NCBI GenBank assembly: GCA_964593885.1
Contig: CAZQKK010000001.1
Location: forward strand, 24,066 to 88,065
Direction: 5' to 3'
DNA: 64,000 bases
Source: an uncultured Candidatus Saccharibacteria bacterium
GTDB taxonomy: Bacteria > Patescibacteriota > UBA1384 > CAILIB01
Positions 1 to 10,200 of the stretch are shown in pieces. The position numbers were made by a program, and so were the translations under genes. How positions within the stretch are numbered: the stretch's first letter is position 1; each line of letters starts with the position of its first letter. The notes beneath the pieces were generated by a model. It was not told the DNA's origin and did not search any database. It saw only the letters and a program-made list of their open reading frames with translations.

Positions 1-3000
1 ATAGTTTCCCGAATAAACGAAGGTTGAGGTTTCTGGAGTAAAAGCAGTGCCAATATTCACAGCACCGAAGCAGGCCATAAAGTCACAGTCCAGGGTTCCT
101 GAGAGTGTCCAAGTCTTTGAGCCCGCATTAAGTTGGTTTGAACCACCACCGCTGTTTGAAAGAATGTCCAGCTTATTGGTAACGGTGATGCCTCCACTAC
201 CCATAGCAGAAGTTGAAACATCAAGAACCCCAGAACTAAAACCAAAGTTGAGGTTGTAGAATGTCCAAGTGGTATTGCCGCCAAAACTACCATTACCTGT
301 GAGCCAGAAGGTGCCCCCAGTAAGGTTGATGGTGCCATTACCAGTAGCATCTCCACCATTCACCGTAATATCGTTTGTACCAGAAAGGGTACCCAACGTT
401 ACCGTAAGGTCATTTGAAACGAGCATGGCTGAGGAGTTACTCCAGCCGCCGCCACTTCCGTTAAAGGTGAGGTTGTAGAAAGCCGATCCGCCATTGAGTG
501 TTCCAGAAAGAGTCTTCCCAGTTGCAGTCGCTGTAAAGGTTACCGTTCCGCTTCGCGCAGTGAAGGTTCCGCTGTTGGAGTAGTTACCAGCAACAGAAAG
601 TGCGTAGTTTGAAGCGGTAACATCGAGGGTACCAGCGGTGATGGTAAGGTCATTATCAACATTGGTAGCGCCCTCTAGCACGTAGGTTTCACCAGCGTTA
701 TTGATGGTAAGGTTGTAGAAAGACGAAGTCATCGATTGCACCGTGGTATTACCTGCGCCATTGTTTCCGGTATAGGTGACGGTTGAACTTGCACCAGCAA
801 AAGCAGCTGCAGGCGAAGCTAGGAGCTGGAATGGATCGCCCCCAGTACCAGAAAGTGTCCAAGTTCGGTTACCAGCATTTAACGTGGTAGCTTGTACATC
901 ACCAGACTTACCCACCCGAAGTATGTGTGAAACTGTAAGACCCCCTGTTCCACCTGTCTGAGTGGTAAAGGTATGCCCACCTGAAGCATCAGAATTTGAG
1001 AATGACAAATCGTAGAAGGTCCATGCTGTGGATCCAGATGTGGTGCCAAAGTTTTTATTCGCTGTTGCGCGTTGCTCAAACTCACCACCAGTGAGATTAA
1101 TTACCCCAGCAGTGCCTGCAACAGCACCCTTTACTCTGACGTCGTTGGTACCTGAGAGGGTTCCAGCTGTCATGGTAAGGTCGTTGGAGACCTCCATAGC
1201 TGATGTGTTACTCCAACCTCCACCTGATCCATTGACGGTCAGGTTGTAAAAACCTGAAGTTCCGTTGAGGGTTCCTGAGAGGGTTTTACCTGTGGAAGTA
1301 GCATTGAGGGTTACCGTTCCACTTCGCGCCGTAAAGGTTCCACTGTTGGAGTAGTTATTCCCTATGGTAAGGCCGTAGTTTGAAGCAGTAACGTCAAGGG
1401 TGCCCGCTGTATTGGTAAGGTTGTTGCTGGCAGTTGTTGCCGCCTCAAGGACAAATGTTTCTGAACCGTTATTAGTCTCAAGGTTGTAGTAGGTTCCTGA
1501 TTGAATAGTGCTATTACCCGCACCATTATTTCCTGTGTACTGGAAGGTTGATGTGTTGGCGGTGAATACCGCAGCTGGCGAAGCAAGGAGTTGGAATGAA
1601 TCTCCTGTCGTACCAGAGAGTATCCAGGTACGGTTTCCAGCATCAAATGTAGTGATATTGGTATCACCAGAGACTCCTGCCTTTAGCACACCTGTCACTG
1701 TGATGGTTCCACTTCCACCTGTTTGAGTATTAAACGTTACTGGAAAGCCTCCACTTGCATACACGGAGAGGTTATTAAATGTCCAGTTATTTGAACCAGA
1801 GGTTGTCCCAATATCTCGAGTTCCCCCTCCACCTCTATGGGTTACGGTCCCACCTGTGAAAGTAATCGTCCCTGCTCCAGTAATGTTTCCAGATACATCA
1901 ACATTCACCGCTCCCGCAAGCGTTCCAAGCGTAACGGTAAGGTGCCTCGCAATGTCTACATTGTTACTAAATGTCCATCCACCGCCTGAACCGTTGAAGC
2001 TGAGGTCGTAGAAGTCACCGTTACTGTAGGTCATTGTTCCTGCCAGGGTTTTCCCCGTTGTAGTAGCGTCAAAGGTAACGGTTCCGGTTCGAGCCTCAAA
2101 TGTTCCACTGTTTGAGTAGCTTCCCCCAATTGTTACGGCGTAGCTACTGGTGGTGTCAACATCAAGCACACCTGTAGTAATCGTGAGGTTGTTGTTCACA
2201 TCCATCGCCCCAGCTAAGAGCACGGTTCCAGCACTCCCGAGGGCCTGGATGTAAGCGTTGTACAGGCTCTGCCCGTTGGTGGTAAATGTCTTAGTACTGG
2301 AGTTTGGAGGGGCGAACCTGAAGTCTGAGGTTCCAGGGGTGAGGGTAATTGCTCCTGTACCATCCACCAACTTCACCGCCCCGCTCACCGTTACATCAGA
2401 GCTGCCAAGGTTAATACTGTGGCTTCCACAGTTATTTCCTACATAGAGCGAGGTGGTGGTATTTGCAAGTACTACGTTTGAATCGTTGAGACTGAGTGCC
2501 CATGAACCGGTACGAGTTGGCGTACATGGGGCGATGTAGATGAAATCAGTGGTAATAGAGTAGTTACTGCCAGTTGTCGTAAAGGTTGAGCCCGTGATTC
2601 CATCTGTTGCCTCAAAACGTAGGCCTCCGGTACTGGTAATGTTTCCAGCTAGCTGGAATGTAATGCTGTTTCCAATTGCTGCATACGGCTGAATACCCCA
2701 GTTACCATAGTTGCCACCAGCAATATTCACCGTGATGCTTGCTGTCCTCCCGTTGAAGTAGATGGAGCCGGTACCGTTGAGTGTCGTAGCTGAGTTGAAG
2801 ACTACAGGTGTGCATGTTGTTGTACACCTAACGTCCATGTACCCACCACTTCCGGTAACCGTTCCTCCGTTAAAGGTGAGGGAAACCTCAATCACAAAAG
2901 AGTTTGCCGAGAGAGTGGTCACAAAACCACTTGCCCCAATATTGAGCGTCTCAAACTTGGAATTATTTGGGACGGTAAGGGTTCCAGTTCCCGTGTGCGT

Positions 3001-6000
3001 CACTACTGAAGTTGTCCCCTCGACGAATTTGTCCCCGCTATCGGTGAAGTGCCTGACAACCGAGAGTGTAGAAGTAGCCGGGGTGTACGAGACACCTGAG
3101 GTATTTGCCAGGGTAAAGTCTCTCCCAACCGTGAGGTTAACACTTGAAGAAGTAACCGCACCGTTGGTAACCGTGAAGTCATTTGAGGTCTCAAGGGCTG
3201 CACTAAAGGTCCAACCTCCAGATACTCCATCAAAGACCAGGTTATAGAACTTTCCGGTAGCACCATTGAGTGTCCCCGAGAGCGTTTTACCTGCAGCCGT
3301 TGAGGAGAAGGTCACGGTTGAGGTACCCATGGTGAAGGTACCACTGTTGGTCCAAGATCCACCAACGGTTACCGAGTTACTTCCAGGAGAGAAGACGCCC
3401 GAGGTATTGATCTTAACATCACCACCAGTAACGTTTGTAGTAACATTTCCACCCGGAGTAAAGGTCTTTGACCCCCAAACGTAGAGACTTATTCCAGACT
3501 CAACAGTAAGGTTACTGGAAGCTACACTGTACCTAATCCCAGCATCGGTATTGTCAGCAGTTGAGAGGTTTGCGTTGGTAATGGGGCCAGCATCCTCGTG
3601 TCTCACAATCAACCTGTTTTGGTAGAGGTTGAAACCGGTAATATTTGAAGTTGTATCTGCTGCACGTGTTACCGTTGTGGCCTTTGGAGTTTCAGTACTA
3701 TCAATCCAGACCGCAATAGGATCCCCCGCAGCGCTTGGGTTAGAAGCCACGGTTACGCTATAGGTACCACCAGCAGCCGTACACGAAGTTGAAGCAGTAC
3801 TACCTCCAGCAACAGCAACCTTAATGGTGAGGTTATCTGATGAACAGTTGTAGACACTTGAACCTTCATCAGAGTAGACGGTTCCCGAAACGGTGATGAG
3901 TACGATGGGTTGGTACTCAACAAGCAACCATGCTGCACTTACCTGCACAGTTCCGCTCCCTGCCGTGTCTCTGAAGCCAATTTGAGCTGCGTCTAGCTGG
4001 GTATCGGTCCAGGCAGTGCTCTGCTCAGGTCTGGTGTAGGCGGTGATTGGGTAGCTATAGGGTGCTACGGTATCATTGGTTTTCCAGGTTGTAGAGGCTG
4101 GGATGAGGGTTTTTGACTCGATAACGGTTCCGTTTGAGGAATCTTTGAGTCTAACCATCATGTCTTCTTCTGTAGCACTACTGGTATTAAACCTTGCACC
4201 CACCGAAACTAGGGAAATAGTTTCACTCCCTAGGGTGCTATCCGCTAGGTTAACGTCAAGGATGTCATTGGTGGTAGTTTCACTTGCCAAGTCGGTTGCA
4301 TCGTTTGGCGGGGTAGTGTCATCGATGTTGGCGTAACCGTTGGTCCAAGCCGAATTATCCCCTGCTGCATTTGGAGAGAGGTGGATGATTTTTCCGGCAC
4401 CTGGCCAAGTATTCTGAGTTGCTCCACTACCACTGTTAATTGCGACATCATCAATTACCGTCTGGCCGGTAGTCATTGATCCAACGTTTCCCACATTATT
4501 TCCAACCGCAAGCTTTGAAACTCCCGTGGAAATACTCCTGTTTGACGCAGAAGCAAACGATGACCCGTCAATGCGTGCATCAACAATATGACTCCCCGCT
4601 GAAGCAGTAGTATCAAACTTGATTTCTAACCTATACCACGTAGCTGTACTGAGCGCAGAGGACGCAGAGCCTACCTGTCCATCTTCGTCGTAGAGCTTGA
4701 CAGTATTGGTTGCCGATAACGTGAGGTAGGCTCGCCGGGTACTTGCCGAATCTCGTAACTCAAGTACTGAGACTTCATTGGAGTTTGTGGTGGTGATGTA
4801 GACGTATGCCCTGGCGTAGAAAGGACCGTTTGAATCTGCGGTAGCAAATGTCTGGCTAATGAAGGTTTGAGCGCCAGCTGTTGCAGATTGAAAGGCGTAG
4901 GTTCCACCATTCGCAGGTGAGGTAACAATGGTTCCTGAACCAGTCATGGTGGTCCACTCCATATCAGCTGTGGTGGAGTTGAGCTCAAAACCACTTGAGT
5001 ACAGCCTTCCACCTGAGAGTGGGGTGTACTCAACTAGAAGCCAGATAGCAGTTGACTTAAATCCAACTGTTGTATCATGGTTACTCACACCAATTTGAGT
5101 GGTATCAAGGTCAGCGGTAGTCCAAGGGGTATAGGTGGTGGCGCCAGGTAGATCGTAAAGGGTAAGTTTTGAGAGTTGGGCGGTATCATCATCATTCGTT
5201 ATCCAGGGACTCCATGAGTCAAGAACCCCAATATTTCCGGAATCCTCAACAGTTCCACCACTTGATGCCCTAATTCTTGTTTTATAGTTGATATCAACAT
5301 CTGAACCCATACATGCCACACCAGCTCCCCCGCTCCAACCAGCCAAATCTCCACCACAAGCGTTCATTCTGGCGCCAACAGATACAAGCTTTACCTTATC
5401 TCCTGAAGTGATACCTGCACTTGAGGCTGATTCAAGGTTGATTTCAGTAACTGAGCCACTCCCTTGGGAATAGATACCACCACCTGTACCATCTGAAGGG
5501 GTAACCTCGTTCACGTCATCGTAGTCGTCGGTGTTGTTTGGCGAACCTGTCCACGCCTCGTTGTCTCCGTCAGCATTCCCGTGCATGTGGACAATCTTTC
5601 CTTCACCTGGCCAGTTGTCAGCCTTGGTGGTGTCGCCGTTGATGGCGATATCGTCAAAGTACATGTTTGCTGTGGTGGAGGTGAGGTTACCCCAAGTGAG
5701 CCTATCAATCCCTGCTGCAAGGTTCTCTGAAGTAGACGAGGCAACCGTCACCCCATCAAGCTTGAGGGTGGCATCGGTTGATGAGAGGGTGGTGGTATCC
5801 ACAAATACCTCAACCCGGTACCAGGTTGAAGCAGTAAGCGCAGATGAGGCGGAGCCAATTTGAGCAGAGTCTTCTTCGTTCCAGAGCTCAATGGTTCTAT
5901 CTGTATTCATCCTCACCCCAATCTTGTTGTTGGTTGAGGTACCAATTTTTAGGAACGCCATTTCAACACCAGGGGTGGTATCTACCCTGACGTATGCCCT

Positions 6001-7290
6001 GAACCAGTACTTGGCAGACTGGGCGCTTGCTGCCCAGGTTTTGTAGATGGTTGCAGTATTTGAGGTAGTGTTGGTTCGAAAAGCGTAGTCACCAGATCGT
6101 TTAGTGGTACCATCTACGGTTGGAGTAGTACCTGAACTACTGGTAATTTCCATGTCAGCGGTGAGACTGTTGAGTTCAGCCCCTGAAGACCAGACACGGT
6201 TTGCTGATGCTGAGCCAACCTCGTCAGAGGCAATCTGCCAAGCTCTACTCTCTTTGAAAGTACCCACCGAAGCAGGCCCCAGGAGGTAGAATTCTGGCGA
6301 AATATCAGGTGCGTCGTAACTGTAGGTAACGGTAACTGGCTTCCCAGCCTCAAGGTTGACCTCCCAGGAGATTTCCTGCACCTGAGCATCCAACTGGGTG
6401 ACAACACCCTTCTTGCCTAGACCGGAAATACTGAAGACATTTGGCACCAGTTCTTTAATACTTTGCTTGCCTACCTGGTCTGAGGTAACCGTTAACGCAA
6501 CCTTGTACTCCGACTTTGGGTAGATCCTCATCGAGGTCTCGCGCTTGATGGTGGTACCAGGGTTTGAGACTACCTGGAAGGAATCTCTGAGGCTTCGCTC
6601 CCCGTCTTTGGTTTGCGCGGTGAGCTGTACCTCGTAGGTACCGGCCTGATCTGCCTTGAGTGAGGCGGCGTAATCTGGAACATCGGTAACATTCTTGTCG
6701 GCACAGATGTCTGAGATGGTTACATTAGGCTTAACCACCTCACCGTTTGGCTGCTTTACCTCTAGGGTAACCTTGGCGTCACAGAGCGTTTTTCCAGCAT
6801 CGTCAAGGACTGCCATGCCCATGGAAACATCGTCCCCAGCTTTGTATGGCTGCTGGTATACATTGAAGGCGAGTACTCCCCAGGTGAAGTCTTGGGTGAT
6901 GGTCTCAACTCCCCTGCCCCTATCAAAGCTTACCGAGAGGAGGTACTTTCCTGGCTTGAAGTTCCTGACTGGTGGAACGCTTATATTGAGAGAACCGTCT
7001 GAGTTCTGGGTGAGAGTTGGCTCCACCGAGATAACCTGCCCATCTTTTACCAGCTTTGCCTCTTTCGCCTCAGCTTTTGAGACGTGTGCCAGCTTGAAAA
7101 CTGGTTGGGAAATAGCTGAAACTTGGTTACTATCGCCCACTATCTTAAGGCTTGGCCTTACCGTTGCACTGTAGATGGCCAACCCAACCACCACCAGTAC
7201 TACAACACCACCAGCAAGGAGGACTGACTTCTGCCGCAAGGCATCGACAAGTCCTCTCCCTGATCTGTTAGTGAAGTAAGAAATTCGCAT
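1..7290 (-). CDS. Giant surface protein B (partial; C-terminal part runs off the window at position 1). N-terminal signal-anchor TM helix, two concanavalin/LamG-like domains, then tandem ~115-aa Gly/Thr/Ser/Asn-rich beta-helix-like repeats
   Basis: ATG at 7290-7288 (rc), 3 nt after the TAG of the upstream giant ORF. Manual minus-strand translation in the frame of 7290 stayed open for over 2400 codons to the window edge. It is absent from the ORF track only because there is no stop codon in the window, and every listed minus ORF in 1-7290 is in a different frame. Product begins MRISYFTNRSGRGLVDALRQKSVLLAGGVVVLVVVGLAIYSA. LamG-like stretches (TWYRVEVFVDTT...LKLDGVTV; TWYRLEIKFDTT...ARIDGSSF) are present. 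The unit TASNYGLTIGNNYSNSGTFTARSGTVTLNATSTGKTLSGTLNG...FYNLT.NGSGGGW recurs at least 4 times in frame. Confidence 0.8.
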   Translation of the reverse strand, partial: MRISYFTNRSGRGLVDALRQKSVLLAGGVVVLVVVGLAIYSATVRPSLKIVGDSNQVSAISQPVFKLAHVSKAEAKEAKLVKDGQVISVEPTLTQNSDGSLNISVPPVRNFKPGKYLLSVSFDRGRGVETITQDFTWGVLAFNVYQQPYKAGDDVSMGMAVLDDAGKTLCDAKVTLEVKQPNGEVVKPNVTISDICADKNVTDVPDYAASLKADQAGTYEVQLTAQTKDGERSLRDSFQVVSNPGTTIKRETSMRIYPKSEYKVALTVTSDQVGKQSIKELVPNVFSISGLGKKGVVTQLDAQVQEISWEVNLEAGKPVTVTYSYDAPDISPEFYLLGPASVGTFKESRAWQIASDEVGSASANRVWSSGAELNSLTADMEITSSSGTTPTVDGTTKRSGDYAFRTNTTSNTATIYKTWAASAQSAKYWFRAYVRVDTTPGVEMAFLKIGTSTNNKIGVRMNTDRTIELWNEEDSAQIGSASSALTASTWYRVEVFVDTTTLSSTDATLKLDGVTVASSTSENLAAGIDRLTWGNLTSTTANMYFDDIAINGDTTKADNWPGEGKIVHMHGNADGDNEAWTGSPNNTDDYDDVNEVTPSDGTGGGIYSQGSGSVTEINLESASSAGITSGDKVKLVSVGARMNACGGDLAGWSGGAGVACMGSDVDINYKTRIRASSGGTVEDSGNIGVLDSWSPWITNDDDTAQLSKLTLYDLPGATTYTPWTTADLDTTQIGVSNHDTTVGFKSTAIWLLVEYTPLSGGRLYSSGFELNSTTADMEWTTMTGSGTIVTSPANGGTYAFQSATAGAQTFISQTFATADSNGPFYARAYVYITTTNSNEVSVLELRDSASTRRAYLTLSATNTVKLYDEDGQVGSASSALSTATWYRLEIKFDTTASAGSHIVDARIDGSSFASASNRSISTGVSKLAVGNNVGNVGSMTTGQTVIDDVAINSGSGATQNTWPGAGKIIHLSPNAAGDNSAWTNGYANIDDTTPPNDATDLASETTTNDILDVNLADSTLGSETISLVSVGARFNTSSATEEDMMVRLKDSSNGTVIESKTLIPASTTWKTNDTVAPYSYPITAYTRPEQSTAWTDTQLDAAQIGFRDTAGSGTVQVSAAWLLVEYQPIVLITVSGTVYSDEGSSVYNCSSDNLTIKVAVAGGSTASTSCTAAGGTYSVTVASNPSAAGDPIAVWIDSTETPKATTVTRAADTTSNITGFNLYQNRLIVRHEDAGPITNANLSTADNTDAGIRYSVASSNLTVESGISLYVWGSKTFTPGGNVTTNVTGGDVKINTSGVFSPGSNSVTVGGSWTNSGTFTMGTSTVTFSSTAAGKTLSGTLNGATGKFYNLVFDGVSGGWTFSAALETSNDFTVTNGAVTSSSVNLTVGRDFTLANTSGVSYTPATSTLSVVRHFTDSGDKFVEGTTSVVTHTGTGTLTVPNNSKFETLNIGASGFVTTLSANSFVIEVSLTFNGGTVTGSGGYMDVRCTTTCTPVVFNSATTLNGTGSIYFNGRTASITVNIAGGNYGNWGIQPYAAIGNSITFQLAGNITSTGGLRFEATDGITGSTFTTTGSNYSITTDFIYIAPCTPTRTGSWALSLNDSNVVLANTTTSLYVGNNCGSHSINLGSSDVTVSGAVKLVDGTGAITLTPGTSDFRFAPPNSSTKTFTTNGQSLYNAYIQALGSAGTVLLAGAMDVNNNLTITTGVLDVDTTSSYAVTIGGSYSNSGTFEARTGTVTFDATTTGKTLAGTMTYSNGDFYDLSFNGSGGGWTFSNNVDIARHLTVTLGTLAGAVNVDVSGNITGAGTITFTGGTVTHRGGGGTRDIGTTSGSNNWTFNNLSVYASGGFPVTFNTQTGGSGTITVTGVLKAGVSGDTNITTFDAGNRTWILSGTTGDSFQLLASPAAVFTANTSTFQYTGNNGAGNSTIQSGTYYNLETNNGSETFVLEAATTASNNLTNTAGTLDVTASNYGLTIGNNYSNSGTFTARSGTVTLNATSTGKTLSGTLNGTSGFYNLTVNGSGGGWSNTSAMEVSNDLTMTAGTLSGTNDVRVKGAVAGTAGVINLTGGEFEQRATANKNFGTTSGSTAWTFYDLSFSNSDASGGHTFTTQTGGTGGLTVSHILRVGKSGDVQATTLNAGNRTWTLSGTGGDPFQLLASPAAAFAGASSTVTYTGNNGAGNTTVQSMTSSFYNLTINNAGETYVLEGATNVDNDLTITAGTLDVTASNYALSVAGNYSNSGTFTARSGTVTFTATATGKTLSGTLNGGSAFYNLTFNGSGGGWSNSSAMLVSNDLTVTLGTLSGTNDITVNGGDATGNGTINLTGGTFWLTGNGSFGGNTTWTFYNLNFGFSSGVLDVSTSAMGSGGITVTNKLDILSNSGGGSNQLNAGSKTWTLSGTLDCDFMACFGAVNIGTAFTPETSTFVYSGNY

Positions 7291-7293
7291 ATT

Positions 7294-10200
7294 CTAGTTA
7301 GGTGAAATCTGGACGAGCACCGCAGGGGTGGCCGAAGCCGCATTTGTCATCACTCTTCCGGCACACGCGGTCACTGCTGCGGTAATATTGTTCACCGAAC
7401 CTGTTGTAGTTGAGGTACCAGCACATACGCCACGTGCGGCACCTGAGACTGCTTGCGCCCAAGCAGTACCTGAAGTATTGAGAATGAAGATTCCGCTTGC
7501 GGTGTTTCCGATAGCGGTGATTCCAGCTACTCCTGTTGCAGCAGCTGAACTTGAGTCATCTACCTGGCCATCAACTGAGGTGTTCTGAATAACGATACTT
7601 CCCGGCTCTACCGATGAAGTACTTACAGCATACACCAGAGTAGAACCGATAAAGAAGCGGGTATCAGCTACCGATGTAATGGATGCCCCTGAAACAACCT
7701 TTGCAAGCACAAGAACCGGGTACTGGGCATTGAAGGTTGGGAGTGTTGCGTTCTTGGCAACGGTACACTGCTTACCTGTGGTGGTATCGGTGGTGCTGGC
7801 AATTAGGTAGACGTACTCGGTGGTACTTGCCGTCATGGCAATGCTGGTATCTGAAGGAATCACACACCTTCGCACCGTGGTACGCGATCCGCTGGTGTAG
7901 TGGTCAGCCGTGTAGGCAGCTCCTGCCGTAATGTTGAGGGTGAGTCCAGCCCCTGCAAATGGGCGAAGTGGGCCGCTTGAAGTGGTGAGGTCTCCCCTAG
8001 TGGCACCTGAGTTTGGATCAACTCCAACCGTTGGTACTCCTGGGAGCGATTCAGAACTTGCCAGCTTACCAGTGGTGTCTACTACGAAGACCTTACCAAC
8101 CGCGATGGTGTCAGCAGTTTGGCTGGCAATTTGGGTAACCGAGAGAAGGGTGGTGGAAACTGAAGTAGGTGCCACGGTAATACCTCCTGAGGCTGAGACG
8201 CTGAAGACAGCGGTTCCTGCAGCGCGGAAATCAAGGAAGTTACCACTGAAAGCGGTTTCTCGGTTTGCACCGATGAAGGTTCCGTTAGTACTCCATCCAG
8301 TGACACTTGCGGTGTATGGTGCTTGGAGCATGAAGGCAACACCAGCATCCGTCGCAAGTGAGGTTTCAAAACTTGAGATTCTCACCCTACCGTTTGCCTG
8401 AACACTCATCCCTGAGCTTACGGTAAGCCTTACCCAGTACGCACTGATACCACTCACTGTTCCTTTCGTAAGGGTATTCGTCCAACTGACGGTGCCACTA
8501 GCCGTGAGCCCGGTAGTCCCATCGCTCCCACCCGAGATTGCTGTCCAAGTAGTACATACCCCACTGGTTAGCTCCGTACACACCTCAAACCCAGTTGCCC
8601 CACCACTACCACTTGTCTCGGTGTAGAGAATAGAGGTAAAGCTAGAGTCTGAAAAGCCGTAGTAGGTTCTATCGTTGAGGGCACCGCTGTTCTTGTAAAC
8701 ATTGTAAGCACCACCAGCGTTTGCAGTAGAAGTGATATCCGTGAACGCAGATTCTGCCGTGGTAGTTTGGAGAACCGATGTAAAGCTCCACGGACTGAGC
8801 TTGGTAGCACCACTAATGGTGGTTGCAAGCACTGTGGTGTCGTTTGCCTTGTACTCAGCCAGGTTCCCAACAAAGGTAGGACTGCTGTTTACCGCAATAC
8901 CGTCGGCAACCTGGAGGCTCTTCACGCCAATTGTCTGAGCAGAGATGGTGCCAGCAGTAAGCTCTGAAACACCTTTAATGGTAGCGTTCTCAATGAGCAC
9001 ATCGCCAATCTGGGCAGACTTCACCGCAAGCCCGGCTGTCGTGCTCTTGATGGTACCGGTCTGGGCGTACCAGATTTGGGTACCCACACTTGCGTTTCCA
9101 ACACTGACGATGAGGTTACCCTTGAAGGCAAGAGCGCTGTAAGAGGTACTGCTTGAGCTACTGCCAAACCCACTGGTATTCACCTGGCTGTAGCTAGAGC
9201 CATCAGCCGAGTAGTAAACCTGACTTCCAGTTGAGGTGTTCCCCGTAACCGCGTAGAGACCACCATTGTAGGCAACCATACTCTGTACCGTTGTGTTGTT
9301 TGCGCTGCCAAAGCCTGAGCCATTTACCTGGGTGAAGGTAGATAGATCGTAGGAACGGTAGAGCTTCGTGCCACTGGTGGTGTTCTTCGTTCCAAAGTAG
9401 TAGGCGCCGTTGAAGTAGAGAGCGGAGGCAAACTCGGTGTTATTGGTATCGCCAAATCCTACGCTTCCAACTGCTGACCAGGTCGTGCCGTTCTGGCTTC
9501 TCTGGAGGTAAGCGCCTCCACTGCTCGCGGCGGAGGCAGCGTAGAGGTACCCCTGGGCACTGAAGAAGCTCCTCACACCTGAGCCGTTTGATCCACCTAG
9601 ATCTGCTGCCAGTGTCCAAGTTGTGCCGTTGAAGCTCCTGAAGGTCTCACCGTTTGCGGTACTCACGTAGGCCGCTCCGCCAAAAACGGTGATCGCCGTT
9701 GCGGTTGTGCGTGAGGCACTACCAAAACCACTCGCATTCACCTGGGTCCAAGTTGAGCCGTCAACGCTTGACCAGACCTGCGCACCAGTTGAGCTGTTTG
9801 TGGTTGCGGCGTAGATGGTACCGGCGTACGAGCCAAGCACGGCTGTGGTGTTGTTGGCGCTACCAAAGCCTGAGGTGTTCACCTGGGTCCAGCTGGTGCC
9901 ATTAGTTGAACGGAAGATTTGTGTTCCAGTACTGGTATTTGTGGTGGCGTAGTAGAGGGCATCGTTGTGGGTAATCGCTCCAGTGATGGCAGTGTTGGCA
10001 GCACTACCAAAGCCGCTTGTATTCCCCTGGGTCCAACTGGTGGTAGCGATTGCAGCACCGGTGAGGTTGAACTGAGCGTCAGCGGTAACGGCAAGTACCT
10101 GGGTTCCGTTCTTCTCTAGCTCGAGGAAGTTACCGGTGAAGCCACTACCCGAGTTGATACCGAGGTAGTTTCCACCGGTTGATCCTGATGCAATAGCGCT

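Noticed and set aside
1-7290. Possibility that the missing long ORF here signals an alternative genetic code (for example UGA recoding, table 25) or a non-coding repeat array
   Set aside because: Manual translation of the minus strand in the frame of ATG 7290 is continuously open in the standard code and yields coherent repeat and domain structure. The ORF track omits it only because no stop codon falls inside the window. All other genes in the window are intact in code 11.
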